NCBI GenBank assembly: GCA_963717455.1
Contig: OY970336.1
Span: forward strand, 5,202,570-5,266,569
Length of the DNA: 64,000 bases
Direction: 5' to 3'
DNA from: an uncultured Acidimicrobiaceae bacterium
Lineage (GTDB): Bacteria; Actinomycetota; Acidimicrobiia; Acidimicrobiales; RAAP-2
Shown here: positions 8,757-17,283 of the stretch, one piece after another
Position numbering within the stretch: position 1 is the stretch's first letter
How the letters are laid out: each line of letters opens with the position of its first letter
Notes under the pieces: model-generated
What the model saw: the letters and a program-made list of their open reading frames with translations, nothing else
Database searches by the model: none
Told to the model about the DNA's origin: nothing
Made by a program: the position numbers and the translations under genes

Positions 8757-9331
8757 TGGCGGCCCACGCGAAGGGCGCGCGCACCCTGTGGCTCCTCCGG
8801 CACGCCAAGGCGGTGACCGATCCGCCCCGGGGGGGCTCGGACTTCGACCGCGTGATCTCGCCCCGGGGCCGCCGGGACGCCGCCGCGCTCGGCCGCCTCT
8901 TGGCCGGGCACGGCGAGGGGCTCGGTCCCGCCCTGAAGGGCGTCCCCCTCCCGCAGGTGGCGCTGGTCTCGCAGGCGGCCCGCACGGCGCAGACGGCCGA
9001 GCTGGTCCTGGCGGGCATGGCGGAGCTGCCCGAGGTCCGCCTCGTCGACGAGCTCTACGGCGCCGACCCCGAGGAGGTGCTCGCCGTCGTGCGCGCCCTG
9101 CCCGACGACGTCACCTCGGCCATGGTGGTCGGGCACAACCCGACCGCGCACGCCCTCTCGGAGGGGTTGCTCTCGCCGCGCGACAAGAAGGGCCACTCAC
9201 TGGTGGTGCGACACGGCTTCCCGACGTGCGCGCTGGGCGTGTACGCATTCGAGGTGGACCGGTGGGCGGACGTGGCGAACAGGGCGGCCACATTGGTCGC
9301 CATGATGATGCCACCCTACGGCGAGAGCTGA
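8756..9331 (+). CDS. Histidine phosphatase family protein (SixA-like)
   Basis: TLWLLRHAKA (RHG-type motif), ISPRGRRDA and VVGHNPT. The start ATG overlaps the lysC stop (TGATG). Confidence 0.7.
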   Translation: MAAHAKGARTLWLLRHAKAVTDPPRGGSDFDRVISPRGRRDAAALGRLLAGHGEGLGPALKGVPLPQVALVSQAARTAQTAELVLAGMAELPEVRLVDELYGADPEEVLAVVRALPDDVTSAMVVGHNPTAHALSEGLLSPRDKKGHSLVVRHGFPTCALGVYAFEVDRWADVANRAATLVAMMMPPYGES

Positions 9332-9343
9332 CCCCGGCTGTCG

Positions 9344-10525
9344 TCAGAGGGTGCGCAGGATGGCGGCGTCGCCCTGCCCCCCACCACCGCAGAGCGCCAC
9401 GGCGGCCGTGGAGGCGCCGCGGCGGCGCAGCTCGAGCAGCGCCGTCAGCGCGACCCGGGTGCCCGACATGCCGACGGGGTGGCCGAGCGCGATGGCGCCA
9501 CCGTTGACGTTCACCTTGTCCTCGTCGATCCCGAGCTCGTCCCTCGAGGCGAGGCCGACGGCGGCGAAGGCCTCGTTGATCTCGAAGAGGTCGATGGAGC
9601 CGACGTCGATGCCCGCCTTCTGCGCCGCCTTGAGGATGGCCCGCGAGGGCTGCGTCAGCAGCGAGTTGTCCGGACCGGCCACCATGCCGTAGCTCACGAC
9701 CTGGCCGAGGGGTGCGAGGCCGAGTTCCTTGGCCTTGGCCGCCGACATCACGACGACGGCCGCGCCCCCGTCGGAGATCTGCGACGCGTTCCCGGCCGTG
9801 ATGGTGCCGTCCTTGGTGAAGGCCGGCTTCAGCGCGCCCAGCGACTCCGCCGTCGTCCCCGGCCGTACTCCCTCGTCCGTGTCGACCAGGAGCGGGTCGC
9901 CCTTGCGCTGGGGCACCTGCACCGGGACGATCTCCTCGGCCAGGCGGCCGTCCTTGATCGCCGCCGCGGCCTTCTCGTGGCTGGCCGCGGCGAAGGCGTC
10001 CTGGCGCTCGCGCGAGATGCCGGTCTTCTCGTTGTGCTGCTCGGTGGAGAGGCCCATGGCGATGTGGTCGAAGGCGTCCGTCAGGCCGTCCAACATCATG
10101 GAGTCGATCAGAGCGCCGTCGCCCAGCCGGTAGCCGGCGCGCGCACCGGGCAGCAGGTAGGGCGCCTGGGTCATCGACTCCATGCCGCCCGCGACGACGA
10201 TGTCGGCCTCGCCGGCGCGGATCATCTGGTCGGCCAGGTAGATCGTGTTGAGCCCGGAAAGGCACACCTTGTTGACGGTGTTGGCCGGCACCGACATGGG
10301 GATGCCACCCTTCACGGCTGCCTGGCGGGCCGTGATCTGGCCCTGGCCGCCGAGGATCACCTGCCCCATGAGGACGTAGTCGACCTGATCGGGCGACACC
10401 CCGGCACGCGACAGCGCTTCCGCGATGGCGAAGCCCCCGAGGTCCATGGCCGTGAACCCGCCCAGCGCGCCCGACAGCTTCCCGATCGGGGTACGAGCCC
10501 CTGCCACGATGACTGCCTCTGCCAT
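9344..10525 (-). CDS. Acetyl-CoA C-acetyltransferase (thiolase II)
   Basis: AVIVAGARTPIGK, NKVCLSGL (active-site Cys), NGGAIALGHPVGMSG and CGGGGQG. The ATG at 10525 is preceded by GGAGGTG. Confidence 0.9.
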   Translation of the reverse strand: MAEAVIVAGARTPIGKLSGALGGFTAMDLGGFAIAEALSRAGVSPDQVDYVLMGQVILGGQGQITARQAAVKGGIPMSVPANTVNKVCLSGLNTIYLADQMIRAGEADIVVAGGMESMTQAPYLLPGARAGYRLGDGALIDSMMLDGLTDAFDHIAMGLSTEQHNEKTGISRERQDAFAAASHEKAAAAIKDGRLAEEIVPVQVPQRKGDPLLVDTDEGVRPGTTAESLGALKPAFTKDGTITAGNASQISDGGAAVVVMSAAKAKELGLAPLGQVVSYGMVAGPDNSLLTQPSRAILKAAQKAGIDVGSIDLFEINEAFAAVGLASRDELGIDEDKVNVNGGAIALGHPVGMSGTRVALTALLELRRRGASTAAVALCGGGGQGDAAILRTL

Positions 10526-10602
10526 TCCCTGCACCTCCGGTTCCCGCCGGTCTGGTTACCGGTCGGAAACCACATCTTAAAGGCCAACTATCGTCGGGTC
10601 AC

Positions 10603-11943
10603 ATGAGCGACATCCTCAGCGCCGCACTGGCCGGCGCCACCCCCGATGAGCTGGCCGGACTCGACATGCCCGATTCCTACCGGGCTGCCGTGGTGAAGCG
10701 GAGCGAGGTGGACATGTTCGAGGGCATGGGGTCCTCGGACAAGGACCCCCGGCGCTCGCTCCACGTCGAGGAGGTGCCACTGCCCGAGCTCGCCCCCGAC
10801 GAGGCCTACATCGCGGTGATGGCCTCGTCGATCAACTTCAACACGGTGTGGACGTCCATCTTCGAGCCGCTGCCCACCTTCGGCTTCCTCGACCGGCTGG
10901 GCAAGGAGGGACCGTGGGCGGCGCGGCACGCGCTCGACTACCACGTCGTCGGATCGGACGCGGCGGGCATCGTGCTACGGACGGGCTCGGCAGTGCGCAA
11001 CTGGAAGGTGGGCGACAAGATCACCGTCCACTGCAACTACGTCGACGACCAGGACCCGTCGGCCCACGACGACTCCATGCTGGCGGCCAACCAGCGCATC
11101 TGGGGCTTCGAGTCGAACTTCGGCGGCCTGGCCGACATCGCGGTGGTCAAGGCGAACCAGCTCATGCCCAAGCCGGCGCACCTGAGCTGGGAGGAGGCCG
11201 CCATCAACGCGCTGTGCAACTCCACTGCCTACCGCATGCTCGTCTCGCCCAACGGGGCCCGCATGACCCAGGGCGACAAGGTCCTCGTGTGGGGCGCCAG
11301 CGGTGGCCTCGGCAGCTACGCCGTCCAGCACGTGCTGAACGGGGGCGGCACGCCGATCGGCGTCGTCTCGTCGCCCGAGAAGGTGAAGCTGCTGAACGAC
11401 CTGGGCGTCGAGGCCGTCATCGACCGAAAGGCGGCGAACTACCGCTTCTGGTCAGACGAGCACACCCAGGACGAGTCCGAGTGGCGGCGCTTCGGCAAGG
11501 ACATCCGCGCCCTCGTCGGCGGCGAGCCCGAAATCGTCTTCGAGCACCCGGGTCGCCAGACCATGGGCGCGTCGGTGTTCGCCTGCAAGCGGGCGGGGAC
11601 GATCGTCACGTGCGCGGCGACCTCGGGCTACATGATTGAGTACGACAACCGCCACCTCTGGATGAAGCTCAAGACGATCAAGGGCTCACACTTCGCCAAC
11701 TACCGCGAGGCGTGGGACGCCAACCAGCTGATCTGCGACGGCAAGGTGCTCCCGCCGCTCTCCGCCGTCTACCCGCTCGAGCAGGTCGGCGAAGCCGCGT
11801 ACCAGGTCCACCACAACCTGCACGAGGGCAAGATCGGTGTGCTGTGCCTGGCCCCGACCGAGGGGCTGGGCATCGACGATCGCGAGCTGCGGGCCAAGGT
11901 CGGTGAGGACCGCATCACCCTCTTCCGGCGGCACGGCGCGTGA
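10603..11943 (+). CDS. ccr: Crotonyl-CoA carboxylase/reductase
   Basis: A 446-aa MDR-family protein with the Ccr-typical N-terminus (PDSYRAAVV..EVDMFEG...KDPRRSLHVEEVPLPELAPDEAYIAVMASSINFNTVW), WGFESNFGGLA and GKIGVLCLAP. An epimerase lies adjacent. Confidence 0.85.
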   Translation: MSDILSAALAGATPDELAGLDMPDSYRAAVVKRSEVDMFEGMGSSDKDPRRSLHVEEVPLPELAPDEAYIAVMASSINFNTVWTSIFEPLPTFGFLDRLGKEGPWAARHALDYHVVGSDAAGIVLRTGSAVRNWKVGDKITVHCNYVDDQDPSAHDDSMLAANQRIWGFESNFGGLADIAVVKANQLMPKPAHLSWEEAAINALCNSTAYRMLVSPNGARMTQGDKVLVWGASGGLGSYAVQHVLNGGGTPIGVVSSPEKVKLLNDLGVEAVIDRKAANYRFWSDEHTQDESEWRRFGKDIRALVGGEPEIVFEHPGRQTMGASVFACKRAGTIVTCAATSGYMIEYDNRHLWMKLKTIKGSHFANYREAWDANQLICDGKVLPPLSAVYPLEQVGEAAYQVHHNLHEGKIGVLCLAPTEGLGIDDRELRAKVGEDRITLFRRHGA

Positions 11944-12350
11944 GCGACCTCCTGCTCACCGAGATCGACCACGTGGCCATCGCTGTCAACGACCTCGACG
12001 CCGCCATCGAGTGGTACGCAGAGGTCTTCGGCGCCACGGTGGAGCACCGCGAGCGCGTCGAGTCCGACGGCGTCGAGGAGGCGCTGCTCAAGGTGGCCGA
12101 CTCCTACGTGCAGCTGCTCACTCCCGTGCGTGACGACTCGCCTGTGGCCAAGTACCTGGCCAGCAAGGGTGAGGGGCTCCACCACGTCGGCTACCGGGTC
12201 GATGACTGCGCGGTGGCCCTCCAAGCCGTCAAGGACGCCGGCGGCCGGGTGATCGACGACGCGCCGCGCCCGGGCTCCCGGGGCACGACGGTGGCCTTCG
12301 TGCACCCCAAGACGTCGTTCGGGACGCTGATCGAGTTGGTCCAGGAGTAG
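11940..12350 (+). CDS. mce: Methylmalonyl-CoA / ethylmalonyl-CoA epimerase (VOC family)
   Basis: IDHVAIAVNDLDAAIEWY, GLHHVGYRVDD and HPKTSFGTLIELVQ. The GTG start overlaps the ccr stop (GTGA). Confidence 0.85.
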   Translation: MSDLLLTEIDHVAIAVNDLDAAIEWYAEVFGATVEHRERVESDGVEEALLKVADSYVQLLTPVRDDSPVAKYLASKGEGLHHVGYRVDDCAVALQAVKDAGGRVIDDAPRPGSRGTTVAFVHPKTSFGTLIELVQE

Positions 12351-12392
12351 GCGCCGGCGCGGCGCCGCTGGTCCCCCAAGAGGTCCTGGCCG

Positions 12393-13244
12393 ATGGCCGT
12401 CGACGGCAACGAGAGAGCGATGGACCTCGACACTGTCGTCAACGAGCTGTACGGCCTGCTCCCAGAAGACTTCGCCGCGGCCAGGAAGACCCGAGCCGGC
12501 GAAGCTCAGGGCGCGGGGGACCGTGAACTCGCTGCGGCAATCCGACAGCTCCGCCGCCCGACCACGAGCGCCTGGTTGGCCAACCTCCTGGTGCGGGAGC
12601 GTCCCGAGGAGATCACCGCGCTGCTCGAGCTCGGCGCCGCCATGCGCAAGGCGCAGACCGACCTGGCCGGTGCTGAGATGCGACGGCTGTCCCGACGGCG
12701 CCAGGACGTGGTCGCCCCACTGCGCGACGCGGCGCGACAGCTCGCTCGTGATCTCGGGAGGGAGGTGAGCGAATCGACCATCAGGGAGCTCGAGGAAACG
12801 CTGGACGCCGCCATCGCCGACTCCGAGGCACGTGCAGCATTGGCGTCCGGGCACCTCGCCTCGGCGATGCGCTACTCGGGCCTGGGCAGTGCCGAGCTGA
12901 GCGGCGTGGTGGCGAAGCCGACGTCGAACCTCCCGAGGGCGACGGCGAGATCAAGGGGTGCGCACGCGCAGCCGGCACCCACGCGCCGCGGGGCTGCCGG
13001 CAAGGAGGGGGCGGGCCGGACGCGACGGGAGTCCGACGCCGTCGTAGCCCGGGCCGAGCGGGAGACCACCGAGCACGCACGCCGGCGACAGATCACCCCG
13101 GACGAGATCGACCGCCTCAACGATGCGATCACCGAAGCGGAGGATCTGCTGCGCTCCCTGCGCAAGGAACGCACGCGTGCGCAAGCCGAACTCCAGAAGG
13201 CCGAGCGGGCACTGAAGGCCTCGGAGCTCCGCAGGCGTCCCTGA
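12393..13244 (+). CDS. Conserved hypothetical helical / coiled-coil protein (start may be the ATG at 12420)
   Basis: The N-terminal half (LYGLLPEDFAAARKTRAGEAQGAGDRELAAAIRQLRRPTTSAWLANLLVRERPEE) resembles a widespread actinobacterial family of unknown function. The C-terminus is charged and coiled-coil-like. Confidence 0.55.
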   Translation: MAVDGNERAMDLDTVVNELYGLLPEDFAAARKTRAGEAQGAGDRELAAAIRQLRRPTTSAWLANLLVRERPEEITALLELGAAMRKAQTDLAGAEMRRLSRRRQDVVAPLRDAARQLARDLGREVSESTIRELEETLDAAIADSEARAALASGHLASAMRYSGLGSAELSGVVAKPTSNLPRATARSRGAHAQPAPTRRGAAGKEGAGRTRRESDAVVARAERETTEHARRRQITPDEIDRLNDAITEAEDLLRSLRKERTRAQAELQKAERALKASELRRRP

Positions 13245-13338
13245 GCTGCTGCTCGGGATATCGGAAAGTCACGGAACTGCAACGAGATCCTCACGATTTT
13301 GCCGAGGCACTCTCAGTTCGGATTCAGCCGAGGAAGGC

Positions 13339-13647
13339 ATGTTCTGCCTCATGGATGTCATCATCGTGGAGTCGTGCCACAGCACATGGGTCTTTGATCC
13401 CGACCAGAAGCAGTTCTGCCGCATCCTGAAGGGTATCGAGGTCGCACATCGACCCGTCTCGACTGAGTGGCGGACGTACTGGCAACTCGAGATGGATCCA
13501 CAGACCGACGCTTTCTGTGTCTACCTCAATCCATCGCGAACCCGTCTGATCCGACTATGGCGACACACACAGGACTGCGTGCACTGCGGAGTGCGCGAAA
13601 CGACCGAGTTGTCGTTGGAGGACATCAAGATCGCTGTCCACGCCTGA
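13339..13647 (+). CDS. Hypothetical small Cys/His/Trp-rich protein
   Basis: A 102-aa ORF with ordinary amino-acid composition and G/C-biased third positions despite low local GC. GAGGAAGG lies just upstream. I recognise no family. Confidence 0.5.
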   Translation: MFCLMDVIIVESCHSTWVFDPDQKQFCRILKGIEVAHRPVSTEWRTYWQLEMDPQTDAFCVYLNPSRTRLIRLWRHTQDCVHCGVRETTELSLEDIKIAVHA

Positions 13648-13785
13648 ACCCGCTCCAATCGCCACCGCAGTCGGTCATGGCAATCGTCGCACCGACCCCC
13701 TCGCCGGGCACCGGCTGACGCGCAATGGGAAACGCCGTTCTGTCGGCCTGGGCCGGGGGATGGCGCCCACCGCCGGGTGAGGCTG

Positions 13786-14265
13786 TCAGTGAGGTGTGCT
13801 CGTCGTGACCGGCACCGATCCCGACCGACCGCGTTGTGCGGTGATCCCGTTCCTCGAGAAGGTGCCACAGGCCAAGGTGAGCAGCACACCCACGATCAAC
13901 AGGTAGGGAGCGATCGTCACGAATGCGACGATCCCCACTGTCAGACACGCCATGGATATTCCCCATGCCACCCTGCCGGCACTGGCACTGCCTTGGGCTG
14001 CACGATGTCGGAGGGCGATCGCCACAGCGATTGCCAGGACGAGGCCAAAGCCGACCAGCAACAGTTCCGCGATGCCGTACTTCTGGATGTAGGTCTGGGG
14101 GGCAACCGCGGCTTCTGTGGAGGTACCCGAGGCAGTTCTGACGAGAGTGTGGGCACCCGCTCTCACGGGAACGTCGACCAGGAAGGCCGAGACGACGAGG
14201 CCAAGACTCCACAGGGCGGCGATGAGCACGAGCAGTGCGGTGATCGGGAACGGACGCTTCATCAC
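13786..14265 (-). CDS. Hypothetical integral membrane protein (about four TM helices)
   Basis: Hydrophobic segments ITALLVLIAALWSLGLVVSAFLV, IAELLLVGFGLVLAIAVAIAL, ISMACLTVGIVAFVTIA and YLLIVGVLLTLACG. I recognise no family. Confidence 0.55.
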   Translation of the reverse strand: MMKRPFPITALLVLIAALWSLGLVVSAFLVDVPVRAGAHTLVRTASGTSTEAAVAPQTYIQKYGIAELLLVGFGLVLAIAVAIALRHRAAQGSASAGRVAWGISMACLTVGIVAFVTIAPYLLIVGVLLTLACGTFSRNGITAQRGRSGSVPVTTSTPH

Positions 14266-14349
14266 GCAGCCTCCTTCGTCCTGCCATTGTCACACTGATC
14301 GAAGCCCATTTGCTACGGGACCATCCTCCCCGTCGGGCCGATGGGACGC

Positions 14350-15420
14350 TCAGTCAACCGACACCGAGAGCACCCGGCCCGGGTTGGCGCCGGCCACCCA
14401 CACCGACCCGCCGACCGGGAGCAGGGACCGCGGCGTCGTCCCGATCTGGGGCACCTTGGACGCCGGGGACGGGAACACGGTCCGCAGCGTCTGCGCGGTG
14501 GCGTCGCCGACGTAGACCCTGCCCCCCGCCACGCCGACGCTCAATGGGTCGCCACCCACCTCGTCGGTGTGCACGACTCTCAGTGTGCTTGGGTCCACGC
14601 GAGAGACGGTGCCGTCCTGCGCATTGGCCACCCACACCGAGTCGGCACCGGTCGCGACCCCGATGGGACCGTTCCCGACCGTGATGCCCTCGAGCTTCGG
14701 TTCCCGGTCCTGGGCCGAGGGTGGCACGAAGTAGGTCAACATGTCGGCGGTGCCGCTGATCCACAGCGCACCGAAGCCGGCGGCGACCCGCACGGCCCCG
14801 GCGACCAGATCGACCGGGACCCCGGCCACTCCCGACCGCGTGTCGATGGACGTGATCTCGTTGGCCGCCACCGACGTGACCCAGACCTGGGCACCGAGCA
14901 CAGCCAGCCCGGACGGGCCCGCCGGCACACCGACGCTGCGCACGACTCGCAGCGAGGGCGCCTCCACCTCCACCACCTGGTTGTCCACCATGTCGGCCAC
15001 CCAGAGGTGGCGCCCGTCGAGCACCATCGCCGTGGGCCGGCCGGCCAGGTGCACGGAGCCCTCCACCCGCCCGCTCCCCGGGTCGAAGCGCAGCAGGAGG
15101 TCGCGCCGGTCGTCGGTCACGTAGGCGGCGCCGTCGCCCTGCGCCAGGGCCGAGGCGGCCGGGAGGCGCAGCAGCGTGCGCGCCGTGACGACCGGCGCGC
15201 CCCCCGGCGAGTGCGGGGTCGACGACGTGAACAGGAGCGGGGCCGCCGCCGCCCCCGCCAGCACGACCGTCAGGCCGATGGCGGCCACCCAGGTGATCGT
15301 CCGTCGCCGGCGCTCCCGGCGGCTGCGCGGCCGCGTGCCGCCCGCCGCCTTCTTGGCGCGGTGCGCCCGGGACGCCTGGCTCTGTGCCGCTCGCCGCTGC
15401 CGGCGGTCCCTCTGGGCCAC
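14350..15420 (-). CDS. Membrane-anchored beta-propeller repeat protein (YncE/YVTN/Vgb-like repeats), function unknown
   Basis: A highly basic N-terminus, one TM helix (ITWVAAIGLTVVLAGAAAAPLL), then repeated motifs of the kind LWVAD....VVEVE, VWVTS....ITSID, VWVANAQDGTVSRVD, VYVGD and VWVAG. The GTG start lies 3 nt after the cysNC stop. Confidence 0.65.
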   Translation of the reverse strand: MAQRDRRQRRAAQSQASRAHRAKKAAGGTRPRSRRERRRRTITWVAAIGLTVVLAGAAAAPLLFTSSTPHSPGGAPVVTARTLLRLPAASALAQGDGAAYVTDDRRDLLLRFDPGSGRVEGSVHLAGRPTAMVLDGRHLWVADMVDNQVVEVEAPSLRVVRSVGVPAGPSGLAVLGAQVWVTSVAANEITSIDTRSGVAGVPVDLVAGAVRVAAGFGALWISGTADMLTYFVPPSAQDREPKLEGITVGNGPIGVATGADSVWVANAQDGTVSRVDPSTLRVVHTDEVGGDPLSVGVAGGRVYVGDATAQTLRTVFPSPASKVPQIGTTPRSLLPVGGSVWVAGANPGRVLSVSVD

Positions 15421-15423
15421 GAG

Positions 15424-17283
15424 CTAGCGGAGGAGGCCTTCCAGCAGTTCGAGCACCTTGGAGACCTGCTCGGGGAGAGTGCCCGAACCGGGCCCGAGCA
15501 CCAGGTCGGGGTGGGCGGGCACCTCGTAGGTCGAGTCGATGCCGGTGAACCCGGGCAGCTGGCCCGAGCGGGCCCGGGCGTAGAGGCCCTTGGGGTCGCG
15601 GCGCTCGCACTCCTCGAGCGAGGTGTCGACGAAGACCTCCGCGTACGCGAGTCCCGCCTCGGTGTGCAGCGTCCGGATGAGGCGGCGGTCCTCCTCGAAG
15701 GGGCAGATCAGTGCGATCAGCGCCAGGACGCCCGACTCGGCGAACATCCGGGCCACCTCGCCGGCCCGTCGCACGTTCTCCGTGCGGTCTTGGTCGGAGA
15801 ACCCGAGGTCGCCGTTGAGCCCGTGGCGCAGGTTGTCCCCGTCGAGCAGGAACGCGGGCCGGCCGCTGTTGACGAAGGCCTCCTCGACGGCCGAGGCCAC
15901 CGTCGACTTGCCGGCTCCCGACAGGCCGGTGAACAGCAGGGTACCTCCGGCCGCACCCAGTGCGGTGAAGCGCTCGGCCCGGGAGAGCCGGCCGCCGTGG
16001 CGCACCACGTTCGGACTGGCGTGGGTCGTGGCGATCACCCGGATGACGCCGGCCCCCGACGTACCGTTGGTCGTCGGGTCGATGATGATGAAGCTGCCGG
16101 TGGCCCGGTTGGTCGCGTAGTCGTCGACCAGGAGGGGCTCGGTGCAGCGGAAGGTGACCCGGCCGATCTCGTTGAGCCCGAGCGTGGACGCGTCCTCGTC
16201 GCGGTGCAGCCCGTTGATGTCGAGCCGGTACTGCAGCGACTCGGCGGTGGCGCGCACCGTCCGGGTGCCGTGCTTGAGCAGGTAGACACGGCCCTCCGCC
16301 AGCGCGGAGCGCTCGTCCATCCAGCACACCGTCGCCTCGAGGTCCGTGGTCAGGGTCGGCCGGTTGTTGGGCCGGCACAGCATGTCGCCCCGTGACACCG
16401 CGATGTCGTCGGTGAGCGTGATCACCACCGCCATGGGCGGGAACGCCTCGGCCACGGGGCCGTCGGCGGTCAGGATCGATGCGACGCGCGACGTGGTCCC
16501 CGAGGGCAGGACGAGCAGCTCGTCGCCCGGACGGAGCACACCGCTGGCCACCGTCCCCGCGTAGCCCCGGAAGTCGGGGTTCTCTGGCGCCTGGCTCCGG
16601 ATGACGTACTGCACCGGGAAGCGGGGGTCGATGAAGTTCTCGTCGCTGCCGATGTAGACGGACTCCAGGTGGTTGAGGAGCGGCGACCCGTCGTACCACC
16701 ACATGTTCTCCGAGCGCTGGACCACGTTGTCGCCCCGCAGGGCGGAGATGGGGATGAACGTGATGTCGTGCACGTTGAGCCGGGCCGCGAACTCCATGTA
16801 GTCCGACTTGATCCGCTCGTAGGTGCCCTGGTCCCAGTCGATCAGGTCCATCTTGTTCACGCACACCACCATGTGCGGGACGCCGAGCATGGAGGACAGG
16901 AAGGCATGCCGGCGCGTCTGCTCGATCACCCCCTTGCGGGCGTCGATCAGGATGAGCGACATGTGCGCGTTGGACGCCCCCGTCACCATGTTGCGCGTGT
17001 ACTCGGTGTGACCCGGTGTGTCGGCGATGATGAACTTGCGCTTGGGCGTGGCGAAGTACCGGTAGGCCACGTCGATCGTGATGCCCTGCTCGCGCTCCGC
17101 CCGCAGCCCGTCGGTCAGGAGCGCGAGGTCCGTCTCGGGGTTCCCGCGCTGCTCGCTCGTGCGGCGGATCGCCTCGAGCTGGTCCTCGAAGATGCCCTTG
17201 GCGTCGTAGAGGAGCCGCCCGATCAGGGTCGACTTGCCGTCGTCCACGGAGCCGGCTGTGGCCAGACGCAGGAGCTCGGTCAC
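15424..17283 (-). CDS. cysNC: Bifunctional sulfate adenylyltransferase subunit 1 / adenylylsulfate (APS) kinase
   Basis: An N-terminal GTPase (GSVDDGKSTLIGRLL, DTPGH, NKMD) and a C-terminal APS kinase (LLFTGLSGAGKSTVA, LDGDNLRHGLN). Confidence 0.92.
   Translation of the reverse strand: MTELLRLATAGSVDDGKSTLIGRLLYDAKGIFEDQLEAIRRTSEQRGNPETDLALLTDGLRAEREQGITIDVAYRYFATPKRKFIIADTPGHTEYTRNMVTGASNAHMSLILIDARKGVIEQTRRHAFLSSMLGVPHMVVCVNKMDLIDWDQGTYERIKSDYMEFAARLNVHDITFIPISALRGDNVVQRSENMWWYDGSPLLNHLESVYIGSDENFIDPRFPVQYVIRSQAPENPDFRGYAGTVASGVLRPGDELLVLPSGTTSRVASILTADGPVAEAFPPMAVVITLTDDIAVSRGDMLCRPNNRPTLTTDLEATVCWMDERSALAEGRVYLLKHGTRTVRATAESLQYRLDINGLHRDEDASTLGLNEIGRVTFRCTEPLLVDDYATNRATGSFIIIDPTTNGTSGAGVIRVIATTHASPNVVRHGGRLSRAERFTALGAAGGTLLFTGLSGAGKSTVASAVEEAFVNSGRPAFLLDGDNLRHGLNGDLGFSDQDRTENVRRAGEVARMFAESGVLALIALICPFEEDRRLIRTLHTEAGLAYAEVFVDTSLEECERRDPKGLYARARSGQLPGFTGIDSTYEVPAHPDLVLGPGSGTLPEQVSKVLELLEGLLR

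Noticed and set aside
14341-16864. A 684-aa plus-strand ORF and an 836-aa minus-strand alternate-frame ORF
   Set aside because: Both overlap the well-supported cysNC and propeller genes. Both translate to Arg/Pro/Gly-rich sequence typical of off-frame high-GC reading.
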